DNA of 63,981 nucleotides, filler included, from Octopus bimaculoides (Eukaryota): NCBI RefSeq assembly GCF_001194135.2. It is 12 parts of 11 records of this genome, joined end to end, with 100 filler letters (N's around TTAATTAATTAA, not from the genome) between each part and the next. Parts side by side here need not be neighbours in the genome. Positions count along the whole stretch, not along the records: positions 29,574 to 43,365 come from NC_069005.1; positions 43,466 to 53,449 come from NC_069007.1; 10 more parts are not named here. One strand, 5' to 3'. Shown piece by piece: positions 42,061 to 53,220 of this stretch (position 1 is its first letter; each line of letters starts with the position of its first letter). The notes under the pieces were generated by a model. It saw only the letters and a program-made list of their open reading frames with translations, ran no database searches and was not told where the DNA came from. The position numbers and the translations under genes were made by a program.

Positions 42061-43194
42061 GGTGACGGGCCTTTGATAGAGTAGCTCTTTCACTTTATGA
42101 AGGTACTACGATTCAGTACAGTCTCCATTACAGCCGTCGCTGAACTTACTTTCGAATCTTCAGCTGTGAACCGTTAAACCCACTTCTTCACTGCTGTTTT
42201 CTCCGAAAACAGGTAAAAAAAAGTCACCGAAAAAAGTTAGAAGAATGCCTCCGTAACTTGTGTATTGCTCGACGGGAGAACCCCAAGATTGGAATTTGAA
42301 CTCAGAACGCAAAGATAGACGATATGCCGCTAAGCATTTTGCTCGCCGCACTAACATTTCTGCTAGTTCGCTGCCTTCTTAGTCATCAACATTAAAACTA
42401 CGTAATATCCACGCAAAGCTACGATACTACGTAAAGTGTTTTCAATCTATACGAATTATGTATTGTGGGGGCGCAATGGGCCAGTGGTTAGGGCAGCAGA
42501 CTTGCGCTCCTAGGATCGCGGTTTCGATTCCCAGACTGGGCATTGTGAGTGTTTATTGAGCGGAAACGCCTAAAGCTCCACGAGGCTCCGGCAGGAGTTG
42601 GTGGCGAACCCTGCTGTACTCTTTCACTACAACTTTCTCTCACAAGCTTCGTTAAAATCTGCAAATTGTTAACAATAAGAAAATAAATAATATCAATCGT
42701 CATTACCCGAATAGTCGTAATGCCTCAACATGCTCGGGCAAGAGAAATTGTCTTGAAAAATCTATTATTTACTCAACCACACTGAAATCAAATTTTAATC
42801 CGGATAAAACTGGTTATATCGGTATAACAACAGGCCCATTCAAACAAAGATGCCATCACCATCTTTATACTTTCATTTTATATTAGGAAGATACGATACT
42901 AACCTTACAAGCTACGGTTGGTATTTGAAAATAAAGAATTCACCCTACAATGTTTCAGAGCGTCTCCTACACTCCGCTAGTCCTTACCATCAATCGGTTT
43001 CTTTCTTTTATTTATGTATATTAGAAAAACTTAATGCTGATACACAACGATCGGACATTGAATAAACATTGAATTAATTTATTACGTGCTCCCGCAAGCG
43101 GCATTATCTACAAAACTTTTCACCTTTGGGAGTATTACGACTGAGAATTTAAAGGTAACTTTTAATAATAATAATAATCATAATCATAATCATA

Positions 43195-43242
<48 letters not shown>

Positions 43243-43465
43243 ATGATGTAGTAATAATAACCTGTCACTATATAAATAAATATTCAGAAAGTCTTCTCCT
43301 GCTTACGGGACGGGCCGTGGAGTGGGAAAGCTAAAAATTGTAATATGATAATGTAACCTTCTGATNNNNNNNNNNNNNNNNNNNNNNNNNNNNNNNNNNN
43401 NNNNNNNNNTTAATTAATTAANNNNNNNNNNNNNNNNNNNNNNNNNNNNNNNNNNNNNNNNNNNN

Positions 43466-43498
<33 letters not shown>

Positions 43499-44987
43499 AT
43501 GTTGTGTATCTGTGTTTGTCCCCTAACATCGCTTGACAACCGATGCTGGTGTGCTTAGGTCCCCGTAACTTAGCGGTTCGGCAAAAAGAGACCGATAGAA
43601 TAAGTACTAGGCTTACAAAAGAACAAGTCCTGGGGTCGATTTGATTCGACTAAAGGCGGTGCTCCAGCATGGCCGCAGTCAAATGACTGAAACAAGTAAA
43701 AGAGTATAAAAGAGTATAAAAGAGTATATATATATTTATATATATAAATCTACATACATATATTTGTATACACGCATGCATTTTTATTTAAGTGTGTGTA
43801 TATGTGCCTATAAGGATGGTGACATGATTCATGTTTTTTGTTTTTTTTTTTGTAAGGAGAGAATTTTGTCTCCCGATTTTATTACCTAGGGAGATTAAAT
43901 ATTGACCAGCTTTTCAACCTCGTCAATCACTAACGCTGGCCTCTGTGTGTATGTGTGTGTGTGTTTGCAAATGGACTCTTCCCAACTGATCTATCTTCGA
44001 AAAAGCTTTTTCAAAAAGAGAATATTTATTAAGATTTAATTTATATTATATTAGTTTCTTAAAGACATCTATAAAGCTCACTGGTTTTATATATGGGAGA
44101 TAACCTAAGTTTTTCGCGGGGAGATAACCCCATTTTTTAATGGCAAAGTTTTAATGGGGGTGAGTTAACCAAAAAGTACCAAATTTTGTTTACTAGGAGT
44201 GTTACTTGTATTAATTAAAATTTTCGAGATGTGTATTTCGAATTTATATTATGAATATAACGAAATTGCTTAATTGTTAGTTTTTACTAACCTACATGCA
44301 AATATTTTATTTCAAAAATTTACATGCGCATATCTTGGGTCCACAGATGATAAGATAGCTCTCGGGTGGGGTGGGGTCCACAAGCAAAATAAGGTTAGGA
44401 ACCGGTGTCCTAGAGTGACACTCCCCTCTCGTAGCATGACACTTATTCCACGAGAAGCTTCACTTATAGTTAGAGTTGTCTCCCCTGAGTCAAGATGTCT
44501 CCCGGTCAGAAATTTGTTCCAACTTTGCAACATGTAAGTAAACCATGGGGCTCTTTGTGGTCACTGGGGGGAATTTTTCACTGCATTTTTGCATCATGAA
44601 CGCCTACATTAGCCATCTGCCTACCTCATGGAGCATTACCAACATTATCTTTATTATTATTATTGTTAACATGGTTCATTTATCCTCGTATTTTATTTTA
44701 TATCAGATCAATTACAATAACACAACGAACGTTTTCCAACTGTGACCACACTCCCTGTCTTTTATTCAGATATAGAGTATCTAGGAATACATCATTTAAT
44801 GTATACCAGTTTTTGTAAGACGGTTAAGGTGTAATTATCGACCCAAGACAGCGCGCACTCGATGTTATTTAAACTGCTGTACTCCCCCCCCCCCATATCT
44901 TTCTTAATATACTCTCTTGCAGGTGCGCGGTGTATCCAGAACTACTGTCCCGTATGTCCTTTTTAAAATGTTAGGTGATGTTACTGC

Positions 44988-45374
44988 GGAGGCGCAATGG
45001 CCCAGTGGTTAGGGCAGCGGACTCGCGGTCATAGGATCGCGGTTTCGATTCCCAGACCGGGCGTTGTGAGTGTTTATTGAGCGAAAACACCTAAAGCTCC
45101 ACCAGGCTCCGGCAGGGGATGGTGGCGAACCCTGCTGTACTCTTCCACCACAACTTCCTCTCACTCTTACTTCCTGTTTCTGTTGTGCCTGTAATTCAAA
45201 GGGTCAGCCTTGTCACACTCTGTGTCACGCTGAATATCCCCGAGAACTACGTTAAGGGTACACGTGTCTGTGGAGTGCTCAGCCACTTTCACGTTAATTT
45301 CACGAGAAGGCTGTTCCGTTGATCGGATCTACTGGAACCCTCGACGTGGTAAGCGACGGAGTGCCAACAACAAC
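44988..45374 (+). mobile_element. tRNA-headed SINE family D, full-length young copy with (CAA)n tail
   Basis: A-box TGGCCCAGTGG, B-box-like GGTTTCGATTCCC, CpGs intact, tail GGAGTGCCAACAACAAC. Partial copies at 35915-36092, 39344-39378(-), 42468-42640 and 47484-47582. Confidence 0.9.
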
Positions 45375-46840
45375 AGGCGTTGTTACTGGAAAAACTTTCG
45401 TGGCTATTTTTAGCAGATCGATTGCCACGAAGAGTAGGAGGACTGCAGGCTTTTTTAACTGCTTCTGCCTGGAGCTTGTGAGGTGGTGGCAATCCACATT
45501 CATCTTATTGAACTATTATATTCTATGATCAATTAATGCTAATGATGATGATGATGATGTTAACATTGGCACAAGGTCAGCAATTTTGAAGGGTGAGGAT
45601 TGGTCGATTCCGTTGACCTTAGTACTCCACTGTTACTCTATTTGATCGACTCTGGAGGGATGACGGGCAAAGATGATCTTGGTAGCAAGAAAAAAATACA
45701 CAAAGCATTATGGTTTCAAATTTTGGCGCAGGCCAACAATTTTGAAGGAGGGGACTAATCGATTACATCGACCCCAGTGCTCAACTCAGGGCCGGGTTAA
45801 GACCCATAGAGGCCCTAAACACTTAAAAGGCTTTGGTACCCTCAAGTACACGTAAATGGTTCGAAATGTTAACAAAAATAATTCATAATGTAAATGATAA
45901 TAAACCATTAAATATGTTTTTTTATTTTTCAAAATGAAATAAAACTAACTGTAAAATAGAAAATAATGTTTATTTGTGTATGCTTCCACTTTATTTATAT
46001 TTGAAAAGATTTTTCCTTCGTTTTTTTAATTTTTTTTTTAAATTTTAAATGCAAAGTCTTCGATGATATTGTTAAAATTAATTTTATGTAAAACTTCCGC
46101 TTCTATACTTAGTAGAGATAAAGCTTTACGAATATTAAATACTCAATCGCAGGATAATGCCAATAATATAGCCTGGGGTAGCTTTTCCTGTTCAGGCCTG
46201 CGATTGAGAATTTAAAAATCACTTCTTTGACTTTCTAAGACATCTCAACGCTTCTAAAAAGCAAACTTCGTTTGTTTGTTTACGTTTATGGTAATTTGAA
46301 TTACGAATATTATTTTTACAATTTTAAAGTGATTTCTTTTGAGCCGTAAACCATTTACCATTTCTGTGATTCCCTCCGTCCCCTGATGTCCTAAGCACGT
46401 GTTTATTTTGCTTAATGGGTTTGTAACGATAATAATTTGTGTTAGTTACCAATTGTAGCGGGTAAGATTGATTAGGTACACAATGTTATGAAATGTCGGA
46501 GTCGGCAGTTGTGACAATAAAAATTTGTTGTTATAACGGCATGTTGCAGGATGTGAAAGATGAACAATGCATGAAGTTTTAAGGAAATATTTATTTACCG
46601 TTATGTGCAATACCTTGCCTCGACGGGCAGGTTATGATAAAAATCGTAAAGCATGCGAAGTAAAGTTTGTGTAAAGTGGGGAGGTTTTCGATCACATTTA
46701 CCCCAGTCCTTGACTGCTACTTAATTTATTGCACCAGAAAAGGATGAAAGTTGATCTTGGTAACATTTAAACTCAGAACATAAGGTCAGAAGATATGCAT
46801 TTTGTCTTTTACACAAAGGAATCTGGCAGCTTGCCACCCC

Positions 46841-46871
<31 letters not shown>

Positions 46872-47132
46872 GTTTCAATTTTGGGGACAAGGCAGGCAAG
46901 TTTGGAGAAGGAGGTAAGTCAATTATTTTGACCCCAGTGTTCAACTGGTACTTATTTTATCAACCTTAAAAGGACGAAAGGCAAAATCAACCTCAGTTGA
47001 ATTTGAACTCAGAATGTAAAGAAAAATGAAATGCTGCTAAGCATTTTGCTCAATAATAATAATAATAATAACCATAATAATAAAATGGAAATATGGCTTA
47101 AGTTTATTTTAAATTGACACAATTTTATTAGT

Positions 47133-47350
47133 CTAATATCTGATGTTGTTTGGCACTCGATAGGTTTTCAACACCAGAGATAACAGACCAGCTGAAGCCA
47201 TAAACACAGCAATTTCTAAATAACCAACTGTAATTCCTGTTCTTAATTTATTTTTCATGTAGTCATTTTTAAAAATAGTTTCTCCATCATAGAAATGTTG
47301 CCAAACATCAATACCATTTTCTTTTTTCTGTTTCTTTTTCTTAACATGAT
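47133..47350 (-). CDS. Candidate terminal exon of an unidentified gene with a C-terminal transmembrane helix
   Basis: Pyrimidine-rich tract and CCAG| acceptor at 47351. Phase-1 frame (D)HVKKKKQKKENGIDVWQHFYDGETIFKNDYMKNKLRTGITVGYLEIAVFMASAGLLSLVLKTYRVPNNIRY*. AATAAA lies at 47129-47124, just after the stop. No homolog recognised. Confidence 0.5.
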
Positions 47351-47892
47351 CTGGCAAATTGGGATAAAGCCAGAATCCAAGAAGATATTTTCTTTTATAA
47401 CTTAGACATACACTCAGTGCCACTTGCATGTGTTCTACCTGGTCATTTACACTTTAGCTTCTGGTCTACCTGGCCATTTGTGGAGGCACAATGGCCCAGT
47501 AGTTAGGGCAGCGGACTCGCGGTCATAGGATCGCAGTTTCGATTCCCAGACCGGGCGTTGTGAGTGTTTATTGAGCGAAAACATAATTATTTTTTTAATT
47601 TGACATTAATTCATTGCTTTTTTTTTTGTTCTTTTTAGTTCATTTTACGTGGTGAAGTAATCAGGTTGTACAGGCAATGTCTCCGTACCGTTTATAAGAT
47701 GCCAAAAGAACAGAGACCATCAATGGTTGTATGGATAAACCAAGAATTTCTCTTAAATAAGAATTTACAAGATCCTGTAAGTAATGTCAACTTGTAGCTC
47801 TTGATTTTATTTCATGATTTCCTTTAAGAAGAAGGAAGGTTGTTCTCTTTTGTTTTCTTCTAACCATCTTAGCCATTATATACCATTATCAT

Positions 47893-48075
47893 CATCATCA
47901 TCATTTAACATCTGTTTTCCATGCTGGCATGGGTTGAACAGTTTGACAGGCTAGGGGCTGTACCAGGCCCCATTGTCTGTTTTGGCATAGTTTCTATGGT
48001 GGAATGCCCTTCCTAATGCCAATCAGTTTGCAGAGTGTACCTGGTGCTTTTTATGTAACACCTGCACCAACACCA
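47893..48075 (-). mobile_element. Old copy of the RTE-type 3' end (family E)
   Basis: (CAT)n TTTAACATCTGTTTTCCATGCTGGCATGGGTTG..ATGCCCTTCCTAATGCCAA is a CpG-decayed version of 49284-49470. Confidence 0.75.
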
Positions 48076-48164
48076 ATTTAAATTCTGCTTTGGTGGACAT
48101 ACATCATTGTACATTCCCGCATCATTTGTCAGAGTTCCTGCAAGAGTGGAGAGGCTCAGTTCCT

Positions 48165-48400
48165 TCTGTAAAGAGATGTTTGATGAAATATGTGGAAAAA
48201 ATTAAAGGAAACCTGGAAGTTGAAGTTGTGGAAGAGGAAGATTCAAGAAGATGGAGGACGAAGTACTGAAGGCCAATCTTAAAATGCTGTTCCTTACGAA
48301 GGAGATGACAGAGGACTGAGATATGTGGTGAATTGCTGTACTTGAGAAGACCTGCCCATCACAACAGAATTGAGATACTAAAACCAAGGTGGCATGTAAA
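48165..48400 (+). mobile_element. RTE-clade ORF C-terminal remnant
   Basis: Reads ..GRGR..RWRTKY / EVLKANLKMLFLTKEMTED*DMW*IAVLEKT, resembling the GRPxKTW..D...W end of RTE ORFs. Confidence 0.65.
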
Positions 48401-48745
48401 AGACACTGATGATGGTGTCACATGAAAAAGTACTGATGCCATATAAAAAACATTAACTTAATAGTAATAAAATTTTGAGTGGATATGTTCGCTTTCTGCA
48501 TTCAGAGCGTTATGTAAAATAGATAAGGACTTGTTTTTTATATTTAATTGTTTACCAGTTTTGGCTGAATTTTAATTTCTTCTTTTTGGCAGGAACTAAT
48601 CAAAATGAACATTACAAGAGGCAAAACATTACTGCAGAAATTCAAGGGATCCATTCAAAGAACTGAAGTATCCTGATGGCTTTTTTAATGTTCTCAAAAT
48701 AGACTCTCTCTCTCACTCCCCCATATCAACAAACCTCATAGCAAT

Positions 48746-48783
<38 letters not shown>

Positions 48784-48794
48784 AGAGATAAGAG

Positions 48795-49025
48795 ATGGCA
48801 TTCACAAGACTCTTCATTCAGAAACACTACAATCGTTTCGATTCATTACGCACCAGTACCTTACAGGTGAGATGCTGTACAATCAACTGTCATGCATGAT
48901 AGGTACAGACGTGTCTCCCCAGGTGACTTTACAAAGAAGTACTTCCTTCTCACCTGTATTCTAAGGGTGCATGATAAGTTAAAACAATCGTACTGGTTCT
49001 GAATAAAGAGACTTTTGAGTTCCAT
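48795..49025. repeat. Old 78 bp inverted repeat (foldback/MITE-like)
   Basis: 48795-48872 aligns without gaps, at roughly 70% identity by eye, to the reverse complement of 48948-49025. Confidence 0.75.
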
Positions 49026-49195
49026 TTTCTGCCACTTGTCATTTTATATAAACTCTATGGACATGAAGGAATTCCTGAAGTAAATCCACTGCCATATACA
49101 TCCATACTGTCGTTGACATCAGGTAGCCAAATACTATGGACAGGATTTAAACAGCACACCACAAGGTGTTTACCCAAATATAAAATTATAGCAGC

Positions 49196-49262
49196 CATTG
49201 AGGAAGTACTATTCTGCGCATGCGCAAGGGACTTCACCACCGGAAGCCCCTCGAGTGCGCAT
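49196..49262 (-). promoter_or_regulatory. Candidate housekeeping-type promoter / start region
   Basis: Perfect NRF1-type palindrome TGCGCATGCGCA at 49215-49226, ETS-type CCGGAAG at 49240-49246, AGGAAGT at 49201-49207, and minus-strand ATGGCTGC at 49198. Confidence 0.45.
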
Positions 49263-49283
49263 CATCATCATCATCATCATCAT

Positions 49284-49470
49284 CGTTTAACGTCCGCTTT
49301 CCATGCTAGCATGGGTTGGACGATTTGACTGAGGACTGGTGAAACCGGATGGCAACACCAGGCTCCAGTCTGATTTGGCAGAGTTTCTACAGCTGGATGC
49401 CCTTCCTAACGCCAACCACTCAGAGAGTGTAGTGGGTGCTTTTACGTGTCACCCGCACGAAAACGGCCAC
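49284..49470 (-). mobile_element. Young RTE-type 3' end (family E) with (GAT)n tail; remainder in gap
   Basis: Identical over 187 bp to the reverse complement of 51580-51766. The tail orientation is inferred from the (GAT)n run. Confidence 0.8.
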
Positions 49471-50519
49471 NNNNNNNNNNNNNNNNNNNNNNNNNNNNNN
49501 NNNNNNNNNNNNNNNNNNNNNNNNNNNNNNNNNNNNNNNNNNNNNNNNNNNNNNNNNNNNNNNNNNNNNNNNNNNNNNNNNNNNNNNNNNNNNNNNNNNN
49601 NNNNNNNNNNNNNNNNNNNNNNNNNNNNNNNNNNNNNNNNNNNNNNNNNNNNNNNNNNNNNNNNNNNNNNNNNNNNNNNNNNNNNNNNNNNNNNNNNNNN
49701 NNNNNNNNNNNNNNNNNNNNNNNNNNNNNNNNNNNNNNNNNCTTAGGCAGTTGAGCGACAGACCTTCGACGTGACAACTCCTCGCTCCTCAACAAAGCAC
49801 TCTTTACCTCGATGTCTTCGATGGTGATAGCTACTTGCTTCTCTGGCAGGCATCAAGGAAGCCCTCAACCTTCCAATACCTAATTACAACTTAATCAGCG
49901 GCTGCTAAGCTGAGTGACACAGGATTTATAAAACCAAGCATCATCAAAAATAAAACTTATTTTTATTATGTTGTTGAATTGTTCTAACGTCTCTTCATAT
50001 ATAATGCTGTTGAAAGGTGATAGAGAGAGACTAGAGTCTCTATGACAACTATCAAACTTTTACAAAATTATCACTGTATATTTGTAATTGATCATCTTAA
50101 TCTTGAGATTAAGAATATCAGTCAAGTGATAAAGAACTCAATCCAAATAGTGATTTTTATTTATTGGAATCATTAGTAAAGGTATAAACATTGATTGTAA
50201 ATAAAAAGAATTTAATATATCTGTCTGTCTATCTGGTAACACACATTTTGTCTCTCTGCCTCTCTCTCTCTAAATACACACACACACACACACACACATG
50301 CACATGTAGAAATATGATGTAAAAATCAAAACGGAACATGGAAATTAATAGAAAATAACGAAGGACAAATTAACATGAGACCAGATTCAAGCATAGTTTT
50401 TTTTTAAATCGGAGTTTAAAATATAAACAGTCCAAATCTTTGGCTCAAATTTCACCCTTGAGTTGCATCATCATTCCACTAAATGTGTTTATGTGGAGAA
50501 AAATATTAAAAGATATTGT

Positions 50520-50585
50520 CGACCCCCTAATTTCATCTATGGACCTCCAGAAATTTTGTATGGATTCTGGTTGAGAACCCCTAAT
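50520..50585 (-). mobile_element. hAT-type MITE terminus remnant
   Basis: Minus strand TAGGGGTTCTCAACC resembles the CAGGGGTTCTCAAC hAT terminus. Confidence 0.5.
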
Positions 50586-50764
50586 GTAAACTGCACTGAC
50601 CAATTTTGCTATATAATCTATACTGACCAAATTTTACTCCCAAAGATGATGCAATGGTACAAAATGAAAGAAAATAATAAGAAATCAGAACTATATTTAA
50701 GAGATGAGGAGTTATGTACATTATTTACATTTGACAGATATTTGCCCTCATCTTGTTTGTTGTT

Positions 50765-50810
50765 AACACAACGTTTCAGCTGATATACCCTCCAGCCTTC
50801 ATTAGGTGTC
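50765..50810 (-). ncRNA. Minimal type I hammerhead ribozyme, left arm (core mutated to CTAATGA)
   Basis: Minus strand: GACAC CTAATGA A GGCTG gagggtatat CAGCT GAAA CG TT GTGTT. Stem I GACAC/GTGTT is intact and stem III is the palindrome ACGT. Confidence 0.7.
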
Positions 50811-50976
50811 TTGGGGAAATTTCTCATCCCACAGGCATATAGTGTAGTGGTTAAGAGCTCAGGCTAATAACCCTAAGATTCCAAGTTCAATTCCAAGCAG
50901 TGACTTGAGTAATAATAATAATAATAGCATCAAAAAATGCCTAAGGAATGAGAACCCAGGTTTGAAATTTCCCCAA

Positions 50977-51022
50977 GACACCTGATGAAGGCTGGAGGGT
51001 ATATCAGCCGAAACGTATTAAC
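50977..51022 (+). ncRNA. Minimal type I hammerhead ribozyme, right arm (core intact, stem I 3' strand damaged)
   Basis: GACAC CTGATGA A GGCTG gagggtatat CAGCC GAAA CG TA TTAAC. CTGATGA is at 50982-50988 and GAAA at 51010-51013; stem II is a perfect 5 bp. Confidence 0.78.
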
Positions 51023-51492
51023 AAACAAGATGAGGACAAATATCCGTCAAATGTAAATAATGTAATAATGTAAGAAATCAGAAATTATTCATTTTGCCCC
51101 ACTTACATAAAGTAATTCCAAGTGTTTGACAGAATTACGAAAAATATATGAAAAAAATAAGAGAGACAAAAGGTTTAATTTAATGAAAGATTTTAATATA
51201 TATGCAATAATTCTAAAGGTGTAAAAGAAAGAATGCTTTTAGCTGTTGAGAGATGTAATCTTGTAATTAAAACTAAATTCAAAAGTTTTCTTTACTTGCT
51301 TCANNNNNNNNNNNNNNNNNNNNNNNNNNNNNNNNNNNNNNNNNNNNNNNNNNNNNNNNNNNNNNNNNNNNNNNNNNNNNNNNNNNNNNNNNNNNNNNNN
51401 NNNNNNNNNNNNNNNNNNNNNNNNNNNNNNNNNNNNNNNNNNNNNNNNNNNNNNNNNNNNNNNNNNNNNNNNNNNNNNNNNNNNNNNNNNNN

Positions 51493-51766
51493 GGCTCCTG
51501 TAGGATTTTCGAGCGAGATCGTTGCCAGTGCCCCTGGACTGGCTTGTGCGGGTGGCACATAAAAGACACCATTTCGAGCGTGGCCGTTTTCGTGCGGGTG
51601 ACACGTAAAAGCACCCACTACACTCTCTGAGTGGTTGGCGTTAGGAAGGGCATCCAGCTGTAGAAACTCTGCCAAATCAGACTGGAGCCTGGTGTTGCCA
51701 TCCGGTTTCACCAGTCCTCAGTCAAATCGTCCAACCCATGCTAGCATGGAAAGCGGACGTTAAACG
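51493..51766 (+). mobile_element. Young RTE-type 3' end (family E) with (GAT)n tail
   Basis: Ends GGAAAGCGGACGTTAAACG+(ATG)n; inverted twin of 49284-49470. Confidence 0.8.
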
Positions 51767-53017
51767 ATGATGATGATGATGATGATATATGTATATAATA
51801 TACATTCATACTTTTTTTTACACACACACTCACAAGGAGTGTTGTGTTGTTTCCCCTCTTTTCTCTGTTGTCCCAAAAGCAGCTATTGGGAATTGAATTA
51901 TTTGGTGTCTCTGTAGTGGCAAAATCTATTTTTATTTATCGTAAAAGAAAATCTTTTACATTTTTTTAAGAAGTCAAGATACTTTGTATATTGAAAGAGA
52001 GCCTCTTCATGCCTGATTACGGGGTGGTGGTGAGGGCGGCCGTCCTGTACTGGGTGCTATATACCCTTCATAGCAGGGCCCCTCCCCGTATCAAGATGCC
52101 TGAGGCATAGGAGGTGAGGGGGGCTTCTTGTATTGAGTGTTACATACCCTTCATAGCAGCCACCCCACTCCCAATAGCAGAGGGGACAATTGCGCCCTCT
52201 GATATAAACCCGGTCCTGATCCCAGGTACTTTTATTGGGGTACTCTCCTACCTCCACTTCGATATAGACATTCCACTCCAAGTTTTAGTTTTGAGAATAT
52301 GTCCCTCTCTTCCTGCTACTAGCCTCATTGCGAAAAGCGGGCCGCATTAACTATGGATTATCATCATGCGGGCCGCACTAATAAAAGAATATTCGAGATA
52401 ATTTTTCGCTAATCGTGCCATTCGGAAAGTTTCACAGGTCGCAGTATGCCCACGACAGTCTTACAAATGGTATAATGGGAGGTCTGTAGTGCTTCTACAA
52501 CCGAAGAAAGCATTTAAAGTAAGTAAATAAAAAAAGAGAGAGAGAGAGAACCAAACCACTACTAGCTCGAAGGTCGAGTGGTCAGCGGGTTAGGACAAAA
52601 AGACGAATAAATTGGAACTTTTAAGAAGTTGGGCATTGAGCCAAAACAAACGAAAACAAGCTGAGAGAAAGAAAGAGGCGAATATGCCATGTCTTCGATC
52701 GTTTGGGCGACCAGCCAAGCGGAAGAAAGAACCAACACCAAAATCCAAAAGCTTAAAGGACGAAATAACTAACTTCAAATCTTTTTTTTTTTTTTAAATT
52801 AGCCATGAGACATATAACTACATAACGCTAGATTCAGCTAAAGGACAAGTAACTACTTCCGTCCTCCCACTTTTTCTTTCTCTCATTCTTTCTTTTTCTC
52901 TTTTTGTCTCTCTCTCTCTCTTACTGTTTCTTTCTCCCTCTGTGTCTTACTGTTTCACTCTCTCTCAGTCTCTCTTTCTCTCTCTCTCACGCCCATTCAT
53001 TCCCATTCAACAGTGAA

Positions 53018-53220
53018 ATGGCGCTAAGGACCCATGCTCAGGCGGTTGCTCCTCGCCTTTTAGCCGTTGCTTTCATAGTTTTATTACACTGTATGTCCCC
53101 CGTGGCTTACAACCTGGATACTGAATTATATATTTATAAAAAGGGACCTCCGAACAGTTTCTTTGGATATTCTATAGCTTTTCATCAGATGCAGACCGAA
53201 AATGGACCAGACGAATTTAT
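53018..53220 (+). CDS. Integrin alpha subunit, first coding exon (signal peptide and start of the beta-propeller); subtype unresolved
   Basis: MALRTHAQAVAPRLLAVAFIVLLHCMSPVA-YNLDTELYIYKKGPPNSFFGYSIAFHQ.. shows a hydrophobic signal peptide, the (F/Y)NLD mature N-terminus and the GP..S.FGYS motif. Canonical donor GTAAGT at 53221, phase 2. Confidence 0.9.

Larger units (their letters stand above)
50717..51072 (+). mobile_element. tRNA-headed non-autonomous element with inverted Penelope-like terminal repeats
   Basis: 50717-50829 is the reverse complement of about 50945-51064. Between them lie a tRNA-like head (TAGTGTAGTGG, AAGTTCAATTCC) from 50834 and an (AAT)n tract. Confidence 0.8.

Noticed and set aside
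44988-45060. tRNA genes at the tRNA-like sequences
   Set aside because: No acceptor-stem pairing, and each continues into a repeat body, so these are SINE heads.
49741-49880. Possible Tx1 ORF1 remnant (PEKQVAITIEDIEVKSALLRSEEL)
   Set aside because: Too short and too weakly remembered to support a call.
52020-52275. GC-rich segment with a duplicated ATACCCTTCATAGCAG and a Cys/Trp-rich ORF
   Set aside because: Could not be assigned; probably a TE fragment, but there is no diagnostic motif.
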